A DNA stretch of 64,000 bases from Desulfosoma sp. (GCA_037481835.1 JBBFKW010000012.1:14695-78694), one strand, 5' to 3'; counted from the stretch's first letter, positions 41,136 through 51,603 are shown. The notes: generated from the letters alone by a model not told the origin. Numbers and translations: made by a program.

Positions 41136-42491
41136 TTAGAAAGGGAAAAATGCCTTGACCTTCTTTTTCTTGGCCTTCTTGCCCGGCTTCGCCCCGCCGC
41201 CGCCCATCATCTGGCGCATCATGCGACGGGCGTCCTGGTAGCTGCGCAGGAGTTGGTTCACTTCCTGGACGCTGGTGCCGCTGCCCATGGCGATGCGCCG
41301 CTTGCGGCTCGCGTTGATGATGGACGCATCCCGGCGCTCCTCCTTGGTCATGGAATTGATGATGGCCTCGGTGCGCACCAGCGCCTTTTCGTCGATCTGC
41401 ATCTTCTTGAGTTCCTTGAGCGCCCCCATGCCCGGAAGCATCTTCAGGATGGATTCCAAGGACCCCAGTTTCTTCATTTGCCGAAGCTGCCGCCGGAAGT
41501 CTTCCAGCGTGAAGGCGTCTTCCCGAAACTTTCGGGCCAGATCCAGCGCCTCTTCCTCGTCGAACGCCTCCTGGGCCTTTTCGATGATGGTGAGCACATC
41601 GCCCATGCCCAAGATGCGGGAACTCATCCGATCCGGGTGGAACGTTTCAAGGGCGTCCAACTTTTCGCCGACCCCGACGAATTTGATGGGGCATCCCGTG
41701 ACGGCCTTGATGGAAAGAGCCGCGCCGCCTCGAGCGTCCCCGTCCAGCTTGGTGAGGATGACCCCGGTAAGCTGCAGCGCGTCGTGGAAGGATCCCGCCA
41801 CCTGGACGGCGTCCTGACCGGTCATGGCGTCGGCCACCAAGAGGATTTCCTTGGGGTTGAGGATCCCCTTGAGCCGCCTGAGTTCGTCCATGAGTTCCGC
41901 GTCGATGTGGAGCCGCCCCGCCGTATCCACCAGGATGACATCGCACTGGTTTTCCTTGGCGAAAGGCAGGGCCGCGGCGGCGATGTCTTCCGGCTTGTCT
42001 CGGGTCGATGCCGGATAGACCGGGACTTTCAGTTGCCGTCCCAGGGTCATGAGCTGATCGATGGCCGCGGGGCGGTAGACGTCCGCGGGGATGAGGCACG
42101 GCTTTCTGCCGTTCTTGGCCAAGTGATGGGCCAGCTTGGCCGCCGTGGTGGTTTTGCCCGATCCCTGGAGCCCCACCAGGAGGAGGACCTGAGGGGGCTT
42201 GCCCGACAGATCCAGGGGAACGGCCGAACCCCCCATGAGCTCGGTCAGGGATTCATTGACGATCTTGATGACCTGCTGGCCCGGAGTGAGGCTCCGCATC
42301 ACCTCCTGGCCCACGGCCCTTTGGGCGACGGTCTGGACGAAATCCTTGGCCACTTTGTAGTGGACATCCGCCTCCAGCAGAGCGAGGCGCACTTCCCGCA
42401 AGGCGTCCTGAATGTTCTGCTCGGTGAGCTTTCCGTAGCCTTTCAAGTGGCGAAAAACTTTTTGCAGTTTGCTGCTCAGGCTGTCAAACAT
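41136..42491 (-). CDS. ffh: Signal recognition particle protein
   Basis: LLEADV, GLQGSGKTT, DTAGR, TKLDGDARGG, Met-rich M domain, RIAMGSG. Confidence 0.98.
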   Translation of the reverse strand: MFDSLSSKLQKVFRHLKGYGKLTEQNIQDALREVRLALLEADVHYKVAKDFVQTVAQRAVGQEVMRSLTPGQQVIKIVNESLTELMGGSAVPLDLSGKPPQVLLLVGLQGSGKTTTAAKLAHHLAKNGRKPCLIPADVYRPAAIDQLMTLGRQLKVPVYPASTRDKPEDIAAAALPFAKENQCDVILVDTAGRLHIDAELMDELRRLKGILNPKEILLVADAMTGQDAVQVAGSFHDALQLTGVILTKLDGDARGGAALSIKAVTGCPIKFVGVGEKLDALETFHPDRMSSRILGMGDVLTIIEKAQEAFDEEEALDLARKFREDAFTLEDFRRQLRQMKKLGSLESILKMLPGMGALKELKKMQIDEKALVRTEAIINSMTKEERRDASIINASRKRRIAMGSGTSVQEVNQLLRSYQDARRMMRQMMGGGGAKPGKKAKKKKVKAFFPF

Positions 42492-42552
42492 GATCCCATC
42501 CGTTTCGGGGCCCGCTGTCGGGATTTCTCCGCTTTGTTTTCATCGGCGGCTC

Positions 42553-42581
42553 ATGCTATATTTTGCGTACCTTTGTGTCAA
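42553..42581 (-). promoter_or_regulatory. Putative sigma70 promoter of the ffh operon
   Basis: TTGACA-17 bp-TAGCAT on the minus strand. Confidence 0.6.
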
Positions 42582-42739
42582 GAAACGAGAAATCCAGAAG
42601 ATTTACCCCCGAACCCGTCCCGCGGTGCGGGAGGACGTGGGGGTGGAATGACGGTTCTTCCCGTGGGGATCCATCGAAGCAACGGTTTAAAAGAGCGGGC
42701 GCACATTTGTGTGGAAACTCGGGTGCCGGGAGGGCGGTT

Positions 42740-43357
42740 ATGGCGGTGATCACCATCAGCAAGGAATACGCGTCCCAGAGTGAGGAGTTTGCGAAAAAAC
42801 TGGCGGACCGTTTGGGCTACAGCATCCTGGACCGGCAAATCGTCGCCGATGCAGCCAAAGAACTGCGCATCAGCCCCAGCGAAGCGCAAAGCTTTCACAA
42901 GGAGCGGGAGTCCAAGCTCCTGCGCCTCATCGACCGCTACACGTCCAGCGTCGTTCAGAAGGTGGTGGACCGATCCTACGGTCGGCTGGACGACAAGAAT
43001 TACCACGAGGTCACCGTCAAGCTCGTCCAAAAGGTGGCCGACGAAGACAACGTGATCATCCTCGGCTGGGGCGCCCAGTGCATCCTTTCCAACCGTCCCA
43101 ACGCCATTCACTTGCGCATCGTCAAGACGCTGGAAGACCGCATCCGTTGGCTTCGCGAAAACATGGACATGGACGATCGTTCGGCGCGGGACCTCATCGA
43201 GCGTGAAGAAAAGGAATCCGCGGAATACGTGGAACATTACTTCAATCGCGCGTGGGACGATGCGCATTTGTACCACGCGGTCTTGAACCTGAGCCGCATC
43301 CCTTTGGATGAGGCGGTGGACTTGGTGGCCGGATGGATCGAGACCAAAAAATTCTGA
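42740..43357 (+). CDS. Cytidylate kinase-like family protein
   Basis: MAVITISKEY N-terminus, NVIILGWGAQ, YHAVLN; P-loop glycines absent. Confidence 0.75.
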   Translation: MAVITISKEYASQSEEFAKKLADRLGYSILDRQIVADAAKELRISPSEAQSFHKERESKLLRLIDRYTSSVVQKVVDRSYGRLDDKNYHEVTVKLVQKVADEDNVIILGWGAQCILSNRPNAIHLRIVKTLEDRIRWLRENMDMDDRSARDLIEREEKESAEYVEHYFNRAWDDAHLYHAVLNLSRIPLDEAVDLVAGWIETKKF

Positions 43358-44892
43358 CGCCTTTCAGAGGACTCCGGGGCCTTGGGGCCGCTTGTGTCGT
43401 CGCGGCGGCCGTCCTGGCGGCCTTCCCACAGGCCCTTGCGGCGTCGGCCTCCGCCTCGGACGGCGAGCCGGTTCGGCGATCCATCCTCGCCGGCACCTGG
43501 TACCCGGCGGATCCCAAGGAACTCAGGGCCACCCTCAGCGGTTTTCTCGAACGCGCCACGGTGCCGGACACGCTCCCTCCTCCCGATTCCCTGGCGGGGA
43601 TCGTCGTTCCCCATGCCGGCATCCGCTACAGCGGCGCCGTCGCCGCCCACGCCTACAAGGTCGTCCAGAAATCTTCCGTCCAAACCGTCGTCGTCCTCGC
43701 ACCCAGCCATCGCGTGCCCTTTTCAGGCGTTTCCGTCCACCGCCGAGGTCCTTTCGAAACCCCGCTGGGCCGGGTGCCTCTGGATACCGAACTCATCGAA
43801 GCGCTCATGGAGCTCGACCCGGACGTGCGCGACTTTCCCGAGGCCCACGCCCAGGAACATTCCCTGGAAATCCAACTGCCGTTCCTCCAAACCGTGCTCC
43901 CCTCATTCCGCTTGGTGCCTCTGGTCATGGGCAGCCTGTCCTGGACCACGTGCGAAAGGCTGGCTCAGGCCTTGAGCGTTCTATCGCGGTCCCGCCGTTT
44001 CCTCGTGGCGGCCAGCACGGATCTTTCCCACTACCACAGCGAAAAGGAAGCCAAAACTTTGGACCAGCGGCTTCTCGAGCGGCTGCGGCGGCTGGAAGCC
44101 CGGGAACTCATGGACGATGTGGCGGCCGGGAACTGCGAAGCGTGCGGCGCCGCCCCGCTCGTCACCCTCATGCTCTACGCCCGAACGGTGGGGGCGCACG
44201 ACATGCGGATCCTCAAATACGCCACCTCGGCCGACGTCACGGGAGAGACGAACCGGGTCGTGGGCTATGCGGCCGCCGCCGTGTATAAAAACTCCGGCGC
44301 CCCGGCGGAAGGATCCCAAGCCGTTCCCGCCAAGGCGGCATTCCCCCCTTCCCTCGGCGCGGAAGACAAGGCGCGCCTCAAGGACATCGCCCGGCAAACC
44401 CTCGTTGCCAAGCTCTTCGGAACCGTCCCTTCGCCCGATCTCACCCTTTCCGAACTGCCGCCGGCTCTTCGGGAACCGGGAGGAGCCTTTGTGACCTTGA
44501 AGCGGCACGGGCAGCTGAGAGGCTGTATCGGTCAGATCGAAGCCCGCCGGCCGTTGGCCCACACGGTTTCCCGGATGGCCCTGGCGGCGGCCTTTGAGGA
44601 CCCACGGTTTCCGCCCGTGACGGCCGACGAATGGAACGACCTGGAACTGGAAATCTCGGTGCTCTCTCCCTTGGAGAAACTCGACGACCCGACCCGGGTG
44701 CGGGTGGGCACCCACGGCCTGGTCGTGCGCAAGGGATCCCGAAGCGGTCTTCTGCTTCCCCAAGTCGCCGTGGAGCAGGGATGGGACCGGGAAACCTTCC
44801 TTCGCCAGACATGCCGCAAAGCGGGACTCCCGCCTGAGGCCTGGCAGGATCCGGATACGGAAATCTTCACCTTCACCGCGGAAGTCTTCTAG
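43333..44892 (+). CDS. MEMO1-AMMECR1 fusion (AmmeMemoRadiSam B+A) with N-terminal signal peptide
   Basis: Hydrophobic leader ...AAAVLAAFPQALA; AGTWYP, PHAG, EHSLE, STDLSHY, LRGCIG, DPRF, GLLLPQV. Confidence 0.9.
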   Translation: MDRDQKILTPFRGLRGLGAACVVAAAVLAAFPQALAASASASDGEPVRRSILAGTWYPADPKELRATLSGFLERATVPDTLPPPDSLAGIVVPHAGIRYSGAVAAHAYKVVQKSSVQTVVVLAPSHRVPFSGVSVHRRGPFETPLGRVPLDTELIEALMELDPDVRDFPEAHAQEHSLEIQLPFLQTVLPSFRLVPLVMGSLSWTTCERLAQALSVLSRSRRFLVAASTDLSHYHSEKEAKTLDQRLLERLRRLEARELMDDVAAGNCEACGAAPLVTLMLYARTVGAHDMRILKYATSADVTGETNRVVGYAAAAVYKNSGAPAEGSQAVPAKAAFPPSLGAEDKARLKDIARQTLVAKLFGTVPSPDLTLSELPPALREPGGAFVTLKRHGQLRGCIGQIEARRPLAHTVSRMALAAAFEDPRFPPVTADEWNDLELEISVLSPLEKLDDPTRVRVGTHGLVVRKGSRSGLLLPQVAVEQGWDRETFLRQTCRKAGLPPEAWQDPDTEIFTFTAEVF

Positions 44893-44902
44893 GAACACGG
44901 CC

Positions 44903-46075
44903 ATGGACCGACGCACGTTCTGCCGCACGCTCGCTGGATGCACCGCCTGGGCGCTGTGTGCGTCCTGGGCCGGCCCCGCCGTCCGATCCGCGGCCTCTTC
45001 CTCCCTTTCTTTCCAAAAGGGTTTCATCCGGCCCAAGGTTTCTCCCTACTTTACACCCTTGGGAAGCGGCCGGATCCGCTGCCTCCTATGCCCCCGCCTG
45101 TGCGAAGTGGACCCGGGAGAAAGGGGCTACTGCGAAGTGCGGGAAAATCGAGACGGCCTCTATTACACCCTGGTTTACGGCAATCCGTGCGCCGTCCACG
45201 TGGATCCGGTGGAAAAGAAACCCTTCTTCCACGTGCTGCCGGGAAGCCGATCCTTTTCTTTGGCCACGGCGGGCTGCAACCTGGATTGCAAGTTCTGCCA
45301 AAATTGGGAGATTTCCCAAGCCCGGCCTGAAAACACGCACAACGCCTTTCTTCCGCCCCAAGACGTCGTCGCCTCAGCCGTCCGATACGGCTGCGCCTCC
45401 ATTGCGTCCACCTACGTGGAACCCACCATTTTCATGGAATACATGACGGATATCGGAGCGGCCGCATCCCAAGCGGGGATCCTCAACGTCATGCATTCCA
45501 ACGGCTTCGTCAATCCCGGCCCGCTCAACGACCTCATCCCCAACCTGCACGCCGCCTGCATCGATCTCAAATCCATCCGGGACGACTACTACCGCGACAT
45601 GACCGAAGGATGGCTGGAGCCGGTTCTGAACACCCTCAAGGAACTGAAAAAACACCGGGTCCATACGGAACTGGTGACCCTGCTGGTACCGGGCCGAAAC
45701 GATTCGGATAAGGACATCCGGGACCTCAGCCGCTGGGTCCTGGAAGAACTCGGGGAAGACACCCCTTTGCATTTCAGCCGGTTCTACCCGCGCTACAAGC
45801 TCCAGAGCCTTCCGCCGACGCCCGTGGAAACCCTGGAAAGAGCTCGCGATACCGCAATGAAGGAAGGGTTGCGGTTCGTCTACATCGGAAACGTTCCGGG
45901 CCATCCGGGGGAACACACGTATTGCCCCACGTGCCGAACGGTCGTCATCCGACGGACGGGCTACGTGGTGCAGGCGGAAGCCTTCGAAAAAGGCCGGTGC
46001 ACCCGGTGCGGGACCCTTCTTCCCGGCATATGGACCAATCCGCTCAAAGCCTCCGGAGCGCCCGCAGGCTCATAA
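44903..46075 (+). CDS. AmmeMemoRadiSam radical SAM enzyme with Tat-like signal
   Basis: MDRRTFC leader; CLLCPRLC, DPVEKKP, CNLDCKFCQN (CX3CX2C), PLHFSRFYP, YIGNV, CPTC/CTRC. Confidence 0.92.
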   Translation: MDRRTFCRTLAGCTAWALCASWAGPAVRSAASSSLSFQKGFIRPKVSPYFTPLGSGRIRCLLCPRLCEVDPGERGYCEVRENRDGLYYTLVYGNPCAVHVDPVEKKPFFHVLPGSRSFSLATAGCNLDCKFCQNWEISQARPENTHNAFLPPQDVVASAVRYGCASIASTYVEPTIFMEYMTDIGAAASQAGILNVMHSNGFVNPGPLNDLIPNLHAACIDLKSIRDDYYRDMTEGWLEPVLNTLKELKKHRVHTELVTLLVPGRNDSDKDIRDLSRWVLEELGEDTPLHFSRFYPRYKLQSLPPTPVETLERARDTAMKEGLRFVYIGNVPGHPGEHTYCPTCRTVVIRRTGYVVQAEAFEKGRCTRCGTLLPGIWTNPLKASGAPAGS

Positions 46076-48365
46076 CCCACGCGCACCCCAGCACAGCCCC
46101 ATAGGCGAGAAAGACTTTCGGCACCCCGAGAAAGGGCACCAGGACCCACGGGGTCGCCACGGCGGCCGCGGCCGCCCCCAAAAGGTCCGTGCCGTAGAGG
46201 ATGCCGCCCACGGCGCCCCGTTTCAAGCCGACCCTTTCCCCGACAAGACACCCCAGGGCGAAATGGGCGCCTCCGAAAACGCCCGCACAAAACCCGAAAG
46301 CGGCGAATATTGAAAGAACCGCCCAGGACGGCCAGAGGCGGAGCGCCGCGAGCCCGCCGGTTTCCCATGGAAGAAACATGGCGCCGATAAAAAGGGTCGC
46401 CGCCCCGTGCACGCCGAGGAAACCTCGAACCTCTCCCAAGGCCGTTCCCCTCCCTTTCACGAAGGATCCCACGAGAAAGGCTCCCACTGAAAGCCCGGCC
46501 ATGCACATGGAAACGAGCACGGTGATGTGGGCGTAGAGCGCCCCGGCGACGATTTGGTAAAGGAAAAGGAGCAGGATTTGGAACGCCATCTGAGCCGCCC
46601 CCATGGCACCCACGGCCCCTGCGAGGGCCGCCTCGGGCCGGGTTTTCCAAAAAACCGCTGGACCCCCCAAAAGGAGAACAGATAGAGCCGCTGCGGCAAT
46701 GAGCGCCCACAACGGGCCGGGCGATGACTCCGGCCGATGCATGAACGCGGCAAGCCCTGGATGAAACTGGGCCGCCCACAGTCGGGATGCAGCGATGAAG
46801 CCCGCGGGATCCATGTCGCGGTTGATGTCGTTGCGGTCTTTTCGGACGGCGAGGGATCGAAAGTAGTCCAGGCGGAACGGATCGAGAAGATTGACCAGGC
46901 GGTCATGCCGGACATAGCGCAAGGCCAGGCCGAAACTTTCGGCCCGATGGGAAAGGGCCGTGGGATCTTCGGTAAGACCCTGCGGGTCCATGGAAGCCGC
47001 AAGGCGAATCCTTTCTCCGGGATAGACCACATGGGCGGGAAAAACGGAACGCAGGGTTGTCATCACGCCTCCGAAGTAGGCCGCCTGAGCCTCTCCCAGC
47101 ATGTCCTCGGCGCCGGAAACCGCGAAGCTGAAAAGACCGCCGGGTCTCAGCACCCGCGCCACGGATTGGTAAAATTCCCGGGTATGAAAACGGTTCGTGC
47201 CGAGGGAAAAAGGATCGCCTGCGTTCAGCAACACCACGTCGTAGGCCGACTCCGCCCTTTCCACAAAGCGCCGGATGTCCATGTCCCAGAGGAAAACCCT
47301 GGGATCGTCCCCGAAAGGCGGCGTCCCGGCCGCCGTCACCACGGCGGCGCACAGGCTCACTGTCTTGTCCGGATCGACCAGATCGATTCTTCGAATCCCC
47401 GGGTACCGCAGAATTTCCCGCACACCTTCAGGGCTCACCGGCCCGAGCACCAGGACAAACTGCGGATCCGGGTGCTGGAGCATGGCGAGGTGCACTGCGT
47501 CTTCGGCGCTCTGAGGATCGGGATAAGAAAAGAGCCACAACCCGTCGGCCATGAAAGACCACTGGGATTCCTGGCGCACGACGGCCGTGTTCCCATAGGG
47601 GCTGTCCACGACGGTGACGACCTCTCCTCCCCATTGCCACCGCCGGCTGGGCTTTTCCAAAACCGCGAAACCCGACACCGCAAGGAGCGTGAAGAGTCCT
47701 ATGAGAATGCAGCCGCCGCGGGCGGTTTTTGGAGCCTGGGCGGCGAGCGCCCAGAACCCCAAGGCGGCCAGGGCGGCTCCCAAAAAAGCGGCCCCGTAGA
47801 GCACAGGGAACCTGGGCGCAAGGAAAAGATAGAGCCAGATCCCTCCGAGGGCGGCTCCCAAGGCTTCCAAGGCGTAAAGGCGGAAGGTCCCTTGGGGCGT
47901 CCTCGCGAGGGCGGCGGTAAGAGACCATGCGCTTGCGAAAAAAACACCGAAAAAGACACAAACGGGCGCGGTCACTGCGGCGATCACCGCCACCGTGAGC
48001 TCCAGGGGGACCATTTCCCCCAGCCCGAGGCCGAAAAGGCGCCGGGACGCCCGGACCCACAGCACCGTCGAAGGGAGCAGCACCCCGTAGAGCGCAACCA
48101 AGACGAGAACGAAGCGAAGCCGAGCGGACGGTGCGGGAAAGAGCTTGGGGCACAGGCGCCCGGCCGCAAGGCTTCCCAAGCCCGTCCAAAAGAGCCAGAA
48201 GAAGAGCACGAGCCCGACGGTGAGCTCACTCCCGTAAAAGAGCGCCAGGCATTCGCGCAGGACGATGATCTGGGTCGCCGCGGCAGCGCACCCTCCACCG
48301 ACGATCGCTGGTGCCGGCACTCCGTCTTTCTTTACGAGATGCTCGGGGTCTTTCGCGCCCGTCAT
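46044..48365 (-). CDS. Membrane protein with spermidine-synthase-like SAM-binding domain (fused MFS/SpeE-like)
   Basis: QIIVLRE..GSEL, YALEALG, DSPYGN, central Rossmann-like region (NRFHTREFY), N- and C-terminal TM bundles, YGTDLLG. Confidence 0.75.
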   Translation of the reverse strand: MTGAKDPEHLVKKDGVPAPAIVGGGCAAAATQIIVLRECLALFYGSELTVGLVLFFWLFWTGLGSLAAGRLCPKLFPAPSARLRFVLVLVALYGVLLPSTVLWVRASRRLFGLGLGEMVPLELTVAVIAAVTAPVCVFFGVFFASAWSLTAALARTPQGTFRLYALEALGAALGGIWLYLFLAPRFPVLYGAAFLGAALAALGFWALAAQAPKTARGGCILIGLFTLLAVSGFAVLEKPSRRWQWGGEVVTVVDSPYGNTAVVRQESQWSFMADGLWLFSYPDPQSAEDAVHLAMLQHPDPQFVLVLGPVSPEGVREILRYPGIRRIDLVDPDKTVSLCAAVVTAAGTPPFGDDPRVFLWDMDIRRFVERAESAYDVVLLNAGDPFSLGTNRFHTREFYQSVARVLRPGGLFSFAVSGAEDMLGEAQAAYFGGVMTTLRSVFPAHVVYPGERIRLAASMDPQGLTEDPTALSHRAESFGLALRYVRHDRLVNLLDPFRLDYFRSLAVRKDRNDINRDMDPAGFIAASRLWAAQFHPGLAAFMHRPESSPGPLWALIAAAALSVLLLGGPAVFWKTRPEAALAGAVGAMGAAQMAFQILLLFLYQIVAGALYAHITVLVSMCMAGLSVGAFLVGSFVKGRGTALGEVRGFLGVHGAATLFIGAMFLPWETGGLAALRLWPSWAVLSIFAAFGFCAGVFGGAHFALGCLVGERVGLKRGAVGGILYGTDLLGAAAAAVATPWVLVPFLGVPKVFLAYGAVLGCAWVMSLRALRRL

Positions 48366-48390
48366 GAACCCGCCGGTGAAATGTCCCCTC

Positions 48391-49596
48391 TCAGGAGACG
48401 ACTTTATGGCCGGAGGCCTTGAGTGCCGAGAGGATGTCCTCCGCATGAGAGAACCCTCGGGTTTCCACCTCAAGGGTCACCAAGGTGATATGGATGGGAA
48501 GATGGGGCACATGGCGGTTATGGGAAATATGCAGCACATTGGCGCCGCAAGATGCGACAACGGCAAGCAATCCGGCCAAAGCCCCGGGCACATCCGGCAA
48601 TTCCACGGTGAGCCGTGTCACTCGACCGCCTTTGACAAGCCCTTTGGTGAGGATCCGCCCCAAGAGGGGACTGTCCACATTGCCGCCGCTCACCACCAAA
48701 ACGATCTTGGCCCCGGCAGGCCAGTGCGTTTCCCCCATGAGCAAAGCGCCCAGAGGAACCGCCCCCGCCCCTTCGGCGAGCACTTTTTTTCTTTCCAGAA
48801 GAAGGAGCACCGCTTCGGCGATGTGTTCCTCGTCGACGAGGACCACCCGGGACACCGTCCGCGAGAGGATCTCGAAGGTCAGCCGCCCCAGTTCCTTCAC
48901 CGTGATGCCGTCGGCGATGGACTGGGCTCCTTCCACGCGCACCACGGTGCCTTGCTGAAGGGCTTGAAACGCGGAGGGGCACACGGCCGCCTGGACTCCG
49001 ATGATCTGCGCTTCGGGCCGCACAGCTTTCACGGCCGAGGCGATCCCGGCGATGAGGCCTCCGCCTCCTACGGGGACGAGCACGGCATGGACGTCGGGGC
49101 ACTCTTCCACGATTTCCAAGCCGATGGTTCCCTGGCCCGTGATGATGTCCGGATCATCGTAAGGGTGGATGAACGTGTAGCCTTGGGCGCTCAATTCCCG
49201 GGCCTTTTCCAGGCTCTCTCCCAAGGTTTTTCCGTGCAGGACAATCGTCCCGCCGTAGGATCGCGTGGCTTCCTGCTTGGTGAGGGAAGCCCATTCCGGC
49301 ATGACGATGAAGGCGGCAACACCCGCGTTCCGCGCCGCCAGGGCCACTCCCTGGGCGTGGTTTCCCGCCGAGGCCGCCACCACACCCTGAGGGCCCAGGG
49401 ATTGGCGATGCCGGAGGATCTTGTAGGAGGCCCCGCGAATCTTGAAGGAGCCTGTCTTTTGGAGATTTTCCAGCTTGAGGAAGACCTCGGCGCCGAACAG
49501 GCGGCTGAAAGTGGGCGAATACACCAAAGGGGTCCGAAGTATGCGGCCCTGCAGCATGCGGGCGGCCTGTCGAATATCGTCCAGGGCTACGGCCAT
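48391..49596 (-). CDS. ilvA: Threonine ammonia-lyase with C-terminal ACT domain
   Basis: KLENLQKTGSFKIRGA, SAGNHAQG, PVGGGGL, SGGN. Confidence 0.9.
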   Translation of the reverse strand: MAVALDDIRQAARMLQGRILRTPLVYSPTFSRLFGAEVFLKLENLQKTGSFKIRGASYKILRHRQSLGPQGVVAASAGNHAQGVALAARNAGVAAFIVMPEWASLTKQEATRSYGGTIVLHGKTLGESLEKARELSAQGYTFIHPYDDPDIITGQGTIGLEIVEECPDVHAVLVPVGGGGLIAGIASAVKAVRPEAQIIGVQAAVCPSAFQALQQGTVVRVEGAQSIADGITVKELGRLTFEILSRTVSRVVLVDEEHIAEAVLLLLERKKVLAEGAGAVPLGALLMGETHWPAGAKIVLVVSGGNVDSPLLGRILTKGLVKGGRVTRLTVELPDVPGALAGLLAVVASCGANVLHISHNRHVPHLPIHITLVTLEVETRGFSHAEDILSALKASGHKVVS

Positions 49597-49672
49597 GGTC
49601 TCCCTCCTTCGACCCGATGGAGTGAACACGCACTCCCCGTCCCGGAAAGCCAATGCGAAAAGGTGCGGCCGC

Positions 49673-50326
49673 TCATGGGAAGCCCGGCGGCGCCGCATTG
49701 TTTTTCGACGAACGCACGGCCAAAAGGGCGCACCACGTGAAACTTCCCGACGGCGGCACGCCGAAAAAGGTCAAATCCCCCTGGCGGCGCTCCACCGGGT
49801 TCAGGCCCTTTTCTTTGAGGCGCCCTTCCAGGATCGCGGCATGAATGTCCTGAAACCCCGACGCGATGAGCGCGCCGCCATGGGCTACGCGCTCCGTGAC
49901 GGCATCAAGGAGGCTCTCCCAAACGGTCCAGGGAACATTGGCCGCCACACAGGAAAATGAGCCTCCGAGGGCCTCCACGGACCCATGGACCCACCAAACT
50001 TTTTCGCAAAGGCCGTTGAGCCGCGCGTTTTCCCGAGAACACGCGATGGCCGAACCGGATATGTCCACGCCGACGGCTCGAGCGGCCCCGAGTTTCACGG
50101 CGGCCAGGGCCAAGATGCCGGTGCCGCACCCCACGTCGAGAAAACGGGTGTGGGCTTGAAAGAGCCGGTCTTTCCAGGCCCCGAGAAGCTCCAGGCACAG
50201 GCGCGTCGTCACGTGAAAGGGATGGAAAGCCCGGCGGGTGCGCACCGTCAACCACGCCGTCTTCTTCTCCCAGGGAAAGAAGGGACTGATACGGACGGGA
50301 GGAAACCCGTGGATGCCGAGATTCAC
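49673..50326 (-). CDS. PrmA-like (L11) SAM-dependent methyltransferase, short form
   Basis: HVTTRLCL, LDVGCGTGILA, GVDI, ENARLN; GTGA overlap with the nth stop. Confidence 0.7.
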   Translation of the reverse strand: MNLGIHGFPPVRISPFFPWEKKTAWLTVRTRRAFHPFHVTTRLCLELLGAWKDRLFQAHTRFLDVGCGTGILALAAVKLGAARAVGVDISGSAIACSRENARLNGLCEKVWWVHGSVEALGGSFSCVAANVPWTVWESLLDAVTERVAHGGALIASGFQDIHAAILEGRLKEKGLNPVERRQGDLTFFGVPPSGSFTWCALLAVRSSKNNAAPPGFP

Positions 50327-51009
50327 GGCCGTTCCGCCTCCCCATCCTGCAAGCGTCCTCGGGCGCACCAGGCGGCGACGACGCACTGCGCGCACTTCGG
50401 CGTTCGCGGCAGGCACGTCGTTTGGCCGTGCTTGACCAGAAGCTCGTTCACATGAAGGATCCACCGGGGCGGAACGATTCTTTCCAGGACCTGCCGGGTT
50501 TCTTCGGGGGTGCGCGTTTGGGCGACACCCAGCCTTCGACTGATCCGATGGACGTGGACATCCACGGGAATGGCGGGTTTTCGAAAGCCGTAGACCAGAA
50601 CACACGCCGCCGTCTTCGGGCCGACTCCCGGCAGGGCCAGGAGATCGGCTTCGCGGTCCGGGACCGCGCCGCCGTGGCGTTCCACCAGGAGGGCCGCCAC
50701 GTTCTTAAGGCGCCGGGCCTTGGTTTTGTAAAAATTCACGGGCCGCGCCAGGGCCGCGAGGCTTTCCACGGGGGCCTCGGCCAATGCGAAGGCCGTGGGG
50801 TATCTTTCGAGCACCGCCCGTGCGGCCTCGTCCGTTTTGGGATCCCGGGTGCGATGGGACAGGATCGTCCCGACGAGCACCCGGAAAGGATCGCCGTCGG
50901 TGTGCCAGTTCCAGGGGCTCAGCCCGTAGAGATCCGCCAGCGCCCGAAACACGGCGGAGAGTCTCTCCCTTTCGTCGCGTGCCGGATCCGCCTTTTTCCT
51001 CGGCGCCAT
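50323..51009 (-). CDS. nth: Endonuclease III (HhH-GPD, 4Fe-4S)
   Basis: LPGVGPKTA, PVDVHVHR, CxxxxxxCxxCxxxxxC. Confidence 0.9.
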   Translation of the reverse strand: MAPRKKADPARDERERLSAVFRALADLYGLSPWNWHTDGDPFRVLVGTILSHRTRDPKTDEAARAVLERYPTAFALAEAPVESLAALARPVNFYKTKARRLKNVAALLVERHGGAVPDREADLLALPGVGPKTAACVLVYGFRKPAIPVDVHVHRISRRLGVAQTRTPEETRQVLERIVPPRWILHVNELLVKHGQTTCLPRTPKCAQCVVAAWCARGRLQDGEAERP

Positions 51010-51331
51010 GCCCTCTTCCACCTTCGCGCGTCGTCTTCCGCCCCGCCTCTCGAGGGACTCTCTGGGGAGGTGTCCCCATTTTTATCACGATTTTTCTCAC
51101 TAAGGTGGCGATAATTTTCTTGTGTCTTGCCGCGGTCTCGGCTAGAAGGGGGTGTGGTTTGCGGGAAACGGGGTGTTTTCCCGCGTTTTATGGTTGTGCG
51201 TACGTGCAGTTGCGGTCGGTTTCCGGGGCCCGCGGACGTTCGGTCTTCCCCCTTTTGGATAGGACCACCTCCAGGGAGCCGCCGAACGAGACCCGACGAG
51301 GCGTACCAGAGAAGAGAGGAGTTTGGGAACG

Positions 51332-51529
51332 ATGGAAGGCCGAGTCAAGTGGTTCAATGAAAAGAAGGGGTATGGCTTTATTGAGACCGAAAATCAGGGG
51401 GACGTTTTCGTCCACTACACGGGCATCCAGGGGGAAGGGTTCCGCACCCTGACCGACGGGGAAGCCGTGAGTTTCGACATTACGGAAACCCCCAAAGGGC
51501 CCCAGGCGATCAATGTGCGCAGAATTTAG
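51332..51529 (+). CDS. csp: Cold-shock protein
   Basis: [26 protein letters not shown]. Confidence 0.96.
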   Translation: MEGRVKWFNEKKGYGFIETENQGDVFVHYTGIQGEGFRTLTDGEAVSFDITETPKGPQAINVRRI

Positions 51530-51555
51530 CCTCTCCGACGGCTAGCCGGAAAGGC

Positions 51556-51588
51556 GCACCCCAAGGGATCTCCCTGGGGTGCTTTTTT
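51556..51588 (+). terminator. Intrinsic terminator after csp
   Basis: GCACCCCAAGGGA...CCCTGGGGTGC followed by T6. Confidence 0.8.
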
Positions 51589-51603
51589 ATTGGGAGGATT
51601 CTC

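Noticed and set aside
42492..42739. SRP RNA or riboswitch upstream of ffh
   Set aside because: No recognisable SRP loop or aptamer consensus; only a promoter-like motif seen
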